DNA from: Candidatus Latescibacterota bacterium
Lineage (GTDB): Bacteria > Latescibacterota > UBA2968
Assembly: GCA_965222605.1 (NCBI GenBank)
Contig: OZ244960.1
Coordinates: 992,001 to 1,056,000 of the forward strand
Reading direction: 5' to 3'
Length of the DNA: 64,000 nt
Under the pieces are notes generated by a model, which was given only the letters and a program-made list of their open reading frames with translations, had not been told where the DNA came from and ran no database searches. Position numbers and translations under genes: made by a program. Below, piece by piece: positions 19,878 to 28,473 of this stretch (position 1 is the stretch's first letter; each line of letters starts with the position of its first letter).

Positions 19878-20351
19878 ATGTGTGCAATTGTTGATGCAAA
19901 TGTCGCCGCTGAAGTGTTCGGGCCTCATCCAGGGCAAGCAGGAGAGAAGTTCTTTGATTGGATTAATACGGGAAGTGGACGCCTTGTGGTCGGTGGCAAG
20001 TTGCTTGAAGAACTCGAGGCGAGTTCGCAAGGTTTCAGAGAATGGGCACAGGAGGCGACCCTTGCAGGACGGATAACGCGCTGCAAAAATGATGCGGTGA
20101 ACGCCAAAACGAAAAAACTCCAAAGCGCGAACTCGTGCCGATCTAATGATGCACATATCATAGCTTTGGCCCAGGTTAGCGGCGCGCGTTTATTGTATTC
20201 CAACGATGCCGATTTACAGCGGGATTTCAAGGACAAAAACTTGATCGATAGCCCTCGCGGGAAAGTCTATTCAACGCTTTCCCGCGAAAACTTCCAAGAT
20301 AGTCACAGACGGCTGCTCGGCAATCGCAGTCTATGTAGGAGTGGGCAGTAG
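19878..20351 (+). CDS. PIN-domain protein (putative RNase effector)
   Basis: AIVDANV, SNDAHIIALA and LYSNDADL acidic PIN-like motifs. Confidence 0.65.
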   Translation: MCAIVDANVAAEVFGPHPGQAGEKFFDWINTGSGRLVVGGKLLEELEASSQGFREWAQEATLAGRITRCKNDAVNAKTKKLQSANSCRSNDAHIIALAQVSGARLLYSNDADLQRDFKDKNLIDSPRGKVYSTLSRENFQDSHRRLLGNRSLCRSGQ

Positions 20352-20431
20352 ATCTGCCTGTTGTCCCAAGGAGGGGTTTCCCGCAGTAGCTTTAGGATAA
20401 GAAGGGTAAAAAGTTTAAAAAGAGAAACGCG

Positions 20432-20465
20432 AACCGCTGGACATTCTAAGGCCTGCGGTTTTTTT
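20432..20465. terminator. Terminator between convergent genes
   Basis: aaccgc...gcggtt stem followed by a T-tract. Confidence 0.5.
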
Positions 20466-21906
20466 ATGCTTTTTGCAATGCGGCGTGGAAAGTCCAGAGA
20501 CGCCATTGGGCATTGTCGAAATTCGAAAGTTTGATCCGTATTTCAGAAGGCCCGGACGGAAGATTACAGGGAATACGATCAATGGCGAATCCATTATCAT
20601 GCTGCCCCGCGTGGATCTCTGCGCCATTGACCCACACGCGAATCCAGTCGTCATACCCCACAGAGAGGGTGTACGCGCCAGCTTCGGGTGGGGTAATTTG
20701 TCCCACCGCATAAGCGGAGACATTGACGGGTTGGGTACCGGTATTGCCGCGTTTTCGTCCTCGAAAGTGGCGCGCAAAATCGCACCAGCCGCGTTCTGAA
20801 TCCGCTTGAATGGGCAGTGAAAATGTAGCGGGTGCATTCTCACCCATGTAGATGTCAAAATCGGCGGTATATGCGTTGGGCCAATCGGCGATGGGTCTCT
20901 CGGGCCATTCGGACCGATTGAAATCTTCGCGTGTGTTGCAGCGAAAAGGCCCGGCGATTTGCCATTGGGCTGGCGTGAGAATAGGCGGAGATTCGGCAGG
21001 ATTGACATAGGCGTAGATAACGCTTTCCAGATCATTCCCGCGTGAGCCAAAACGAATAATTGCCGAGTGATCAAACCATATTGGATCGGGACCAAAAAAG
21101 CGGTACATCACCCCTTCGTAACCAGAGCCTCCCGCTGTGTGTTCAGTACTTCGATGAATGTGCGGCGCGCCGACCCAATCGGTTTGTGCCTTCCATATCC
21201 CAAAGCTCATATTGAAAATATCCTCGCCGCCAATGCCGCGCAGGGCGTGTGGATCGCTTTCCCCATCGAGCAACCACAGGTCTCCGCCGGTATGATACCA
21301 ACCATCAGCGCGATCCTTTACAACTACGCCTTTGACCATGCCCGCGATAAATCCACTACCCGAATAGTCAGCCATTAGCATACTACCCAGCGATTGGGCG
21401 GGGTATTCGCCGCGGTGCATAACGTGGAGGCGCAATGGGGTTAATTCGGTATTGTCATACGACGCCCAATCGGCCATAAACCAGAGCGGAATAGCGCGAC
21501 CACTATTATTCGTGATTTCGAGACGCAGCGATTTAAAAGGGATGGGCAAATAACAATTGAGCGCGTTTTTGGGAAGGATTTTGATAGCCGCGCTATCAAT
21601 GGGATAAATATCGTGTTCAAAGAGAATGGCAAAAAAACGAGCGATGGGGAGATCGACAATAGGATCGTCCCCCCCATCGCAATAGAGGCAGAGTTGCAAA
21701 TCGTGGATGGGATCGCGCGCATCGCCTTCGCGCTTATACCCATAAGTGAGCCACCAGTGATGGATACACCCTGGACCCTCTTCATCAAAGAGAACTGTCG
21801 TTTCGCCGGGAGCCACATTGGGACGACGGGTAACGCGCTGACTTTTCCCGCGACTGGGCAATTCGAGCTCTGCGTGAAAAAGGCGATTCATCACCGGAAT
21901 ATTCAA
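20464..21906 (-). CDS. DUF2961 (GH172-like) domain protein with C-terminal PA14-like region
   Basis: GPGCIHHWWLT, NCYLPIPF, GGEDIFN and YRFFGPDPIWF motifs; C-terminal GYDDWIRVWVNG. Confidence 0.7.
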   Translation of the reverse strand: MNIPVMNRLFHAELELPSRGKSQRVTRRPNVAPGETTVLFDEEGPGCIHHWWLTYGYKREGDARDPIHDLQLCLYCDGGDDPIVDLPIARFFAILFEHDIYPIDSAAIKILPKNALNCYLPIPFKSLRLEITNNSGRAIPLWFMADWASYDNTELTPLRLHVMHRGEYPAQSLGSMLMADYSGSGFIAGMVKGVVVKDRADGWYHTGGDLWLLDGESDPHALRGIGGEDIFNMSFGIWKAQTDWVGAPHIHRSTEHTAGGSGYEGVMYRFFGPDPIWFDHSAIIRFGSRGNDLESVIYAYVNPAESPPILTPAQWQIAGPFRCNTREDFNRSEWPERPIADWPNAYTADFDIYMGENAPATFSLPIQADSERGWCDFARHFRGRKRGNTGTQPVNVSAYAVGQITPPEAGAYTLSVGYDDWIRVWVNGAEIHAGQHDNGFAIDRIPCNLPSGPSEIRIKLSNFDNAQWRLWTFHAALQKA

Positions 21907-21995
21907 TCCGATTTGTGTTCCGAAGAAATAACGACAGAACCAATGACGAACAGAATCACTATAAATGTCAAAAACAGAATCATTCCAACGGGCAT
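21903..21995 (-). CDS. 30-aa single-transmembrane small protein (below the ORF-track size range)
   Basis: AAGGAGG RBS then ATG; MPVGMILFLTFIVILFVIGSVVISSEHKSD*; its TGA overlaps the TTG start of the DUF2961 gene. Confidence 0.6.
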   Translation of the reverse strand: MPVGMILFLTFIVILFVIGSVVISSEHKSD

Positions 21996-22036
21996 TGTGC
22001 GCCTCCTTTTGGCTTAATGTATTATAGAGAATCCCA

Positions 22037-23761
22037 TTACGCAGTGAACAAAGCGACGACAGTCCAGCAAATAGCAGCCAGACCAGCGGCGATAGAAGCT
22101 TGAGGGATTTGCGTTTTGACGTGGTCCATCAGATCGCAACCCGTACACATGGAACTCAGAACAGTGGTATCTGAAATAGGCGAACACTGGTCACCGTAAA
22201 CGCTACCATCTATAACAGCGGCAAAACACAGAGTCATAAAAAGTTCGGGGTGTGAAAGACCATTTGCCGTGGCAACCGCCCAGGCCAATGGCATAGCCAG
22301 TGGGAAAGCAACCGCATACGTGCCCCAACTCGTACCTGTGGAAAAAGCAATCGCCATCGTGAGAAGTTGGAGCAAAACCGGCAAGATGAAGTATGGAATG
22401 CTATCCCCAAGTTGCTCAACCAAAAAGATGCCGCCACCCGTTTCCTTGCTGATCCCACCAATAGTAATGGCGAGCAAGAGAATAACCGAGCCGAGCACCA
22501 CGCCTTTGAGACCATCGTGAAAGCCCGCGACAATATCTTTGAGCGACATACCCTTGGCAAGAGCCATGCCCACGGCTAAGAGAAGCGCGATGCCAAAAGC
22601 CCATTGCACATTGGGAGATCCGCTGGTGATAAAAGTCCCAATAGCAATAGCGATGAGCGCGCCCAAAGGCAGGAAAAATTCGAGAACATGCGGCGTATAG
22701 CCTTCGGGCACATTGCTTCCCTGCAATTCTTTGGCACTCAAAGGATCGGCATCGTCGGCGTCGAGTTGTCCCGTCTCCCGAGAGCGATTCATAGCATCCT
22801 TGAGTTGCTTGCCCAAAAAGAGGGGTTTTTCAATACTGAGCAGGAACGTGCCCAGCACGGCAAAAATGGCGTAAAAGCAGAACGGGACACTTTTGAAAAA
22901 GAAGAGAAGGCGGTCGGCTTCGGTAGCTAAAAAGCTGACACCAGCGACAAAAATAAAGGCCTGAACATAGCCGGGCCAGGCGTTGAAAGCGAGTTGTGAA
23001 GCAATCGGTGAAGCGGTCGAATCGACGATGTACGCCAATTCTTCGTGGCTGATCTTTTCTTTATCGGCAATGGGTTTGACAGTCGTGCCGACCAGCACCG
23101 TACTGACAGTGCCGCCTTGAAAGAAAATGACACCGAGCATCCAGGCGACAAGCTTGGCGCTTTTGGGACCGCGAACAAAACGCACAGTCATAAATTCGGC
23201 AAAAGCTTGCGCTGCCCCCGTGCGCGACCATATCCCCATAAGCCCACCCAAAAGCCACAAATAGAGCAATAAGATACTCGCAGCATTTGAAGTCGCCAAT
23301 GATGGAATTAAGACCTCGCCTGTAAAGTCATATCGCGTTAAAATAAGCGCACCCGAAATAATACCACCTAAAAGAGCTGTGACGGGTTCTTTGGTAATCC
23401 AGCACAAGAGCACGGCCACTATCGCCGGCAATAGTGACCAATAGCCCCAGTGGTGTTTTGCAAGAAGCTGTTTGTATTTTGTTTCTCCGTTTTCCACGAA
23501 TGAGACAAATTCTTCTTTGATGGGAGGCGTCTCATTTGAGCCGTGTATTCTTGAGGGGTTGAGTTGGGCTTGTTCAAGCGGCACCGCATCGAAATAGGCG
23601 GGTTTGCCTCTATAGGTGTAATACATATTCCCGCTGTCGTCTGTAAGAACGTGCAGGGTGATTTGTTCAACGGTCCATGTGGGAGGCACACTTGCTCCCA
23701 CGATCCACGAGACGATTATGGCGATGGCAAAAATGACAAAGTTGCGAATACCTGTGGGCAT
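22037..23761 (-). CDS. NhaC-family (Na+/H+ antiporter-like) transporter
   Basis: [30 protein letters not shown] and [11 protein letters not shown] motifs; start MPTG after GGAGGGAG. Confidence 0.85.
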   Translation of the reverse strand: MPTGIRNFVIFAIAIIVSWIVGASVPPTWTVEQITLHVLTDDSGNMYYTYRGKPAYFDAVPLEQAQLNPSRIHGSNETPPIKEEFVSFVENGETKYKQLLAKHHWGYWSLLPAIVAVLLCWITKEPVTALLGGIISGALILTRYDFTGEVLIPSLATSNAASILLLYLWLLGGLMGIWSRTGAAQAFAEFMTVRFVRGPKSAKLVAWMLGVIFFQGGTVSTVLVGTTVKPIADKEKISHEELAYIVDSTASPIASQLAFNAWPGYVQAFIFVAGVSFLATEADRLLFFFKSVPFCFYAIFAVLGTFLLSIEKPLFLGKQLKDAMNRSRETGQLDADDADPLSAKELQGSNVPEGYTPHVLEFFLPLGALIAIAIGTFITSGSPNVQWAFGIALLLAVGMALAKGMSLKDIVAGFHDGLKGVVLGSVILLLAITIGGISKETGGGIFLVEQLGDSIPYFILPVLLQLLTMAIAFSTGTSWGTYAVAFPLAMPLAWAVATANGLSHPELFMTLCFAAVIDGSVYGDQCSPISDTTVLSSMCTGCDLMDHVKTQIPQASIAAGLAAICWTVVALFTA

Positions 23762-23882
23762 ATACTCCCTCCAGAATAAGGGGTGAAAGACGCGGGGAAA
23801 AGACGCAACAAAATAACCCGACAAAATGCACTTGTCAATTGCTTTTGCGCAGGATGAGCACGGGAAAATGGGATAAAACAAG

Positions 23883-23910
23883 TTGACTTTGTACATAAGT
23901 TTGTTACATT
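23883..23910 (+). promoter_or_regulatory. Sigma70 promoter with extended -10
   Basis: TTGACT-16 bp-TACATT, with TG upstream of the -10. Confidence 0.55.
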
Positions 23911-23922
23911 ATCTTCAACTTT

Positions 23923-23985
23923 ACCCCCTGGCCATGATCAGCCCTGTTTATGGCCGAAAGGGTTGTGTGCATGGCGGGGTTTTTT
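23923..23985 (+). promoter_or_regulatory. Structured 5' leader ending in a terminator-like hairpin (attenuator/riboswitch candidate)
   Basis: acccc..gccatg/catggc.ggggt stem followed by T6; competing ggccatga/ttatggcc hairpin. Confidence 0.5.
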
Positions 23986-24015
23986 AACGACGCCGGTGGA
24001 TAAGAGGAGGGTTTT

Positions 24016-24207
24016 ATGGAGCAAGCATTTCCACAGTGTTTGAAGTGCAACACGGGTATTTTGATACCGCTGTCGGATTATGGGCGCGATGGGGCATCCA
24101 TCATGTACAAAGCATGGGTATGCAACAATCCCAACTGCGGATTTAATTTGCGGATTGACAACGGTGAAATTAGCACGGGCCGGAATATTACCGAGTCCTA
24201 CAAGTAG
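24016..24207 (+). CDS. Small zinc-ribbon protein of unknown function
   Basis: GAGGAGG RBS; CLKC...CNNPNC; followed by a terminator. Confidence 0.8.
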   Translation: MEQAFPQCLKCNTGILIPLSDYGRDGASIMYKAWVCNNPNCGFNLRIDNGEISTGRNITESYK

Positions 24208-24212
24208 AGCTG

Positions 24213-24251
24213 CCATTTCGGTGGGGAATACCTCGCCGAAATGGTTGTTTT
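24213..24251 (+). terminator. Intrinsic terminator
   Basis: ccatttcgg...ccgaaatgg stem followed by ttgtttt. Confidence 0.65.
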
Positions 24252-24367
24252 CCCCTTACCGGTTTGCCGTTTTCACCTTCTCCCAAAAAGGGCGGCACCG
24301 GTTTCTTTATTTTTCCCCTTTGTCTGTTGATACACTCCCCTCATTTTCCCAACAGCTGACATAACTT

Positions 24368-25417
24368 ATGAGCATTTCTGGTCGGCCCATTTTAGGTATT
24401 GAAACATCCTGCGACGAAACTGCCGCTGCCGTGGTAGCTGATGGGCATATCTATTCTAACGCGATTTTTTCCCAAACAGAACACAGCCTCTACGGCGGCG
24501 TGGTACCCGAGTTGGCATCTCGCAACCACATACGGACACTCCTGCCCGTCGTCAATCAGGCACTTTCAGAAGCCGATTTAGAACTGGGCGATTTAGGTGG
24601 TATTGCTGTGACGCAGGGACCCGGTCTGGTGGGCTGCCTTCTCGTGGGCATTTCCGTGGGCAAAGGGCTTGCACTGGGTTCGGGGTTGCCCCTTGTGGGC
24701 GTGCATCACATCGAAGGACATTTATTTTCGGGCAGTATGGCGCATCCCGACCTGGTGCCGCCTTTTATGGCGCTGGTGGCTTCAGGAGGGCATACGGAAT
24801 TGATTTATGTATGTGCGTGGGGCAATTACGAGCGCTGGGGACGCACGCGCGACGATGCAGCAGGTGAAGCATTTGATAAAGTGGCTAAAATACTTGGGCT
24901 ATTGCGCGAGGGCGAGGTCACCATGGGCGGACCGCGTATTTCGATGCTTGCCGAAGAGGGAAATCCCGATGCCTTTGATTTTCCGCGTGCGTTAATAAAC
25001 GATCCGGGATTTGATTTTAGTTTTAGTGGGTTAAAAACGTCTGTACTCTATCGAATTCGCGATCTCGCCGTAGAGGATCTCGAAGCTATCCGAGCAAATA
25101 TTGCGGCGAGTTTTCAGGCGGCTGTGGTCGATGTGCTGGTGGATAAGACAATCAGAGCGGCGCGGGAAGTAGGCGCAGAGCGAATATTGCTTTCGGGTGG
25201 TGTGGCCGCCAATCGTGCGCTGCGGGCACAACTCGATAATGGTGCTTCCAAACTCGGGATGGGTGTATTTTATCCGCCTACGCCTCTGTGTACAGACAAT
25301 GCGGCGATGATTGCTGACGCAGGTGCTTTTCGCCTGTCCCGAGGTGAAGTTGCCGGGGGCAATTTGAATGCAGCCCCGCGGTTGCCGCTGCCCGGGTTGC
25401 GCGAGCGGCAGGTATAA
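24368..25417 (+). CDS. tsaD: tRNA N6-threonylcarbamoyltransferase TsaD
   Basis: GIETSCDET, GGVVPELASR, HHIEGH, DDAAGEAFDK and TDNAAMI motifs. Confidence 0.97.
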   Translation: MSISGRPILGIETSCDETAAAVVADGHIYSNAIFSQTEHSLYGGVVPELASRNHIRTLLPVVNQALSEADLELGDLGGIAVTQGPGLVGCLLVGISVGKGLALGSGLPLVGVHHIEGHLFSGSMAHPDLVPPFMALVASGGHTELIYVCAWGNYERWGRTRDDAAGEAFDKVAKILGLLREGEVTMGGPRISMLAEEGNPDAFDFPRALINDPGFDFSFSGLKTSVLYRIRDLAVEDLEAIRANIAASFQAAVVDVLVDKTIRAAREVGAERILLSGGVAANRALRAQLDNGASKLGMGVFYPPTPLCTDNAAMIADAGAFRLSRGEVAGGNLNAAPRLPLPGLRERQV

Positions 25418-25419
25418 AA

Positions 25420-27564
25420 ATGCCGCGCGATATTGGGTTTTCTGCCTCTGATGGATGGCTGCTATTACTCGTTGGTTGCGCCGGAATTTATCTCGCTTTT
25501 CTAATGTATCGCTCGCGTCTTACGGGCATACATCGATTGTTGTTGGGGCTACGCATCGCAGCACTCATTTTGCTAATTGGCCTTTTGATGGAGCCGATTC
25601 TCGCGCTGACATTGCATACGCAGCGTTTGCCCTTAGTCGCCGTGCTCATCGACGACAGCGAAAGCATGAAAATTGCAGATGGCGATACCGCGCGTTGCGA
25701 AGTTGCAAAAGCCGTGCTGGCCGATCCCACACTCAAAAATTTGCGCGATCGCGCACGGGTGACGCAGTTTCGGTTTTCCGATATTTTGACGCCCCTGCGC
25801 GGGGGAGAAGAACCTACATGGACGGGGCGAGCGACCGATCTGGCAGGTGCATTAGATGGGGTGCGCGAGCGTACAATGGGTGAAGGGCTTGCCGCTGTAG
25901 TACTCATTTCAGACGGCGGACAAAATTTGGGTGGGCGCCCCGAGCGAGCTGCAGTCGATCTGGGCGCGCCAGTGCTCGCGGTGGGAACAGGTAACCCGGT
26001 TGTACCGAAAGATGTGTCCATTGTATCGGCGGTTATCGATCCTCTGGGCTATGTGGGTAGGTCGCTTGTGATGCAAGTGCGCGTGCTTTCTTCCGGATTT
26101 GAACGGGTGAGCGAGCAAGTGCGCGTGCTCTTGGATGATCGGGAAGTGAGTGCCCAAACCATTGCGCTGGCAGATGGTGAGCAGGCCCTTGAATTTGAGA
26201 TTAGACCCGAGCGATCCGGGCGACATGTATTTTCAGTACAGATTGCGGCACAGGCAGGCGAGCGCACAGTGGGCAACAACCGCGTAGTGGTCTCGACAGA
26301 TGTGCTCGAAAGCCGCGTGCGAATTTTAATACTTGCGGGCAGCCCAAGTGCCGATCTGGGCTATTTGCGGCGCGTGCTGCAAGAAGATGCCAATTTGGAA
26401 GTTGAATTGCTGGTACGCACATTGACGGCCGGGTGGCAAAGAGATGTGAATCGCGCGCTACGCTCATTGGACGAGCGCGATATTGTTGCGTTGATCAACG
26501 TGCCCTACGAAGCACTTGCAGGTATGACAGAGCAGGCACTTGTCGCCTTTGTGCAAAAGGGCGGGGGGCTGTTGGGCCTGGGGGGCGATGCCGCTTTTGA
26601 TGACGGGTATGCACGCTCGGCATTGACCGATGTTTTGCCCGTACAGTTTTTGGGATCGTCAGACACATTTCAAGAACGCGCTTTTGCCCTTTCGTTTCCC
26701 GATTCTCGCCACCCCATTTTGCGCGTATCAGACGATCCATTAGGCGACCGCGATGCCTGGGAGGCATTGCCGCCGCTTCTGTCTTATAATCGCGTGGGGG
26801 CTGCTATTTCCAACGCAACTGTGTTGGTGCATCACCCCACAGAGCGCGTTGCTGGCAAACCAATGCCAGTGCTGGCAATTCGTCGCGTGGGCGCGGGAAA
26901 AACCGCGATTGTAGTCTATCAAACATTTTGGCGTCACGGGCTGATGATGTGGGGCGATGGCAAGACCGATGTCGTGGCACGCGCATTTTGGAAAAACATG
27001 GTGCGCTGGCTGGTCACGCGCGACGAGGTCTCCCGTCTAAAAATCATGACCGAAAAGCCCGCGTATCGAAGCGGTGAGGCGGTCGCGGTGCATGCAAGCG
27101 TTTTTGACCACCTGTTGCAGCCGCGTTCAGGCGCACGGGTTCTCGCCCGAGTCGGCGACAGTTTGGGTGTACGAGAAGTTGTCCTGCGCGATTTGGGCGG
27201 TGGACGGTATGCTGGTAATTTGGGACGTTTCCCACAAGGCGATTACGAGCTTCAGGTGCAGGCACGGGCCAATGATGGTGATCTGGGCACGGGAACGGGT
27301 CGTTTTACTGTGGGAAGATATAGCCTGGAATACGAAACCGTGCGCATGCGCGCCGAACTGCTCAGCGATATTGCCACGCGCAGTGGTGGACAATATGTAA
27401 GACCAGGTGATCTGAAGGCCGCGCTCGATTCGCTTGTTCTGGCTCCTGAGCCTGTTGTCACCCACTACCGAGTCAGGTTGTGGGGGCATGAGTGGCCGAT
27501 ATTTGTGCTGGTGGGGTTGCTGGTACTTGAATGGACTATTCGACGAAGATTGGGGATGGTATAA
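25420..27564 (+). CDS. Membrane protein with vWA-like and class I glutamine-amidotransferase-like domains
   Basis: N- and C-terminal TM segments, DDSESM MIDAS-like motif, ISDG, FVQKGGGLL and EWTIRRR. Confidence 0.7.
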   Translation: MPRDIGFSASDGWLLLLVGCAGIYLAFLMYRSRLTGIHRLLLGLRIAALILLIGLLMEPILALTLHTQRLPLVAVLIDDSESMKIADGDTARCEVAKAVLADPTLKNLRDRARVTQFRFSDILTPLRGGEEPTWTGRATDLAGALDGVRERTMGEGLAAVVLISDGGQNLGGRPERAAVDLGAPVLAVGTGNPVVPKDVSIVSAVIDPLGYVGRSLVMQVRVLSSGFERVSEQVRVLLDDREVSAQTIALADGEQALEFEIRPERSGRHVFSVQIAAQAGERTVGNNRVVVSTDVLESRVRILILAGSPSADLGYLRRVLQEDANLEVELLVRTLTAGWQRDVNRALRSLDERDIVALINVPYEALAGMTEQALVAFVQKGGGLLGLGGDAAFDDGYARSALTDVLPVQFLGSSDTFQERAFALSFPDSRHPILRVSDDPLGDRDAWEALPPLLSYNRVGAAISNATVLVHHPTERVAGKPMPVLAIRRVGAGKTAIVVYQTFWRHGLMMWGDGKTDVVARAFWKNMVRWLVTRDEVSRLKIMTEKPAYRSGEAVAVHASVFDHLLQPRSGARVLARVGDSLGVREVVLRDLGGGRYAGNLGRFPQGDYELQVQARANDGDLGTGTGRFTVGRYSLEYETVRMRAELLSDIATRSGGQYVRPGDLKAALDSLVLAPEPVVTHYRVRLWGHEWPIFVLVGLLVLEWTIRRRLGMV

Positions 27565-28418
27565 TGGATAGAATACAGAATTTAAAAAATCAAATATACT
27601 CATTAGTCTGTACGCTGTTTTGTTGCACGGCATTGCTGACTCTGGATGTCTCTGCACAGGTGGTGATCAACGAGGTGATGGCACGGCCCGCCGATGAGTC
27701 AGAGTGGGTTGAATTGTACAACCGTTCGCCAGACGCGGTTCATCTATCCGGATGGACGCTATCCGATTTGCGAACAACAGGGCAATTTGAAGCGGGTGCG
27801 GTCATTGATGGTGGAGGATATGTGATCGTCACAGAAAACGCAGATGCTATTGGCCTGCAATTTCCCGGCCTCAATGTTCCCATATTATTGCTTACCCGCT
27901 GGCCCCGGCTAAATAATGGAGGCGATGGTCTCATTTTGCGCGATGCGACCGCAACACTTGTCGATAGCATCTTTTACCCAGCACAACACACTGCTATAAG
28001 TCTGGAGCGCATTGATCCCACTATGGCGGGAGATCAGAATAACTGGCTCGGTAGCCAGGATCCGCGGGGTGCGACTCCTGGGGCTGCAAATAGCGTTCTG
28101 TTTAACGACATAGCGGAAGTATCCGTGGTCGTCGCCCCCAATCCCTTTGTCGATCAAGTCACCATTACATATCGGGTGCCCTCCCCCAGACTCCACGCAA
28201 ATCTGTGGGTGTTTGATCGCACGGGCAGGCGTGTGGCATCCTTGCTCGAAGGTGTTGAAGGTGGTAGTCATCGCGTTGTAAATTGGGATGGGAGCAAAGA
28301 TAATGGACAAATTTTGAAGCCCGGTATTTATGTTATCTACCTGGAAGCCGGTACACCAGAAGGCAAATTGTTCCGCGCTCGAAAGCCTGTTGTGCTGGCA
28401 AAAAGAATAAGCCAATAA
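27564..28418 (+). CDS. Secreted lamin-tail-domain protein with C-terminal FlgD/T9SS-like Ig domain
   Basis: VVINEVMA..EWVELYN, LNNGGD and TPGAANS motifs; PNPF...WDG...PGIY tail. Confidence 0.8.
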   Translation: MDRIQNLKNQIYSLVCTLFCCTALLTLDVSAQVVINEVMARPADESEWVELYNRSPDAVHLSGWTLSDLRTTGQFEAGAVIDGGGYVIVTENADAIGLQFPGLNVPILLLTRWPRLNNGGDGLILRDATATLVDSIFYPAQHTAISLERIDPTMAGDQNNWLGSQDPRGATPGAANSVLFNDIAEVSVVVAPNPFVDQVTITYRVPSPRLHANLWVFDRTGRRVASLLEGVEGGSHRVVNWDGSKDNGQILKPGIYVIYLEAGTPEGKLFRARKPVVLAKRISQ

Positions 28419-28473
28419 AACCGATGTCCCCACATCGGATATATTCTCCCCTTTGATGCTGTGAGGAACAAAT

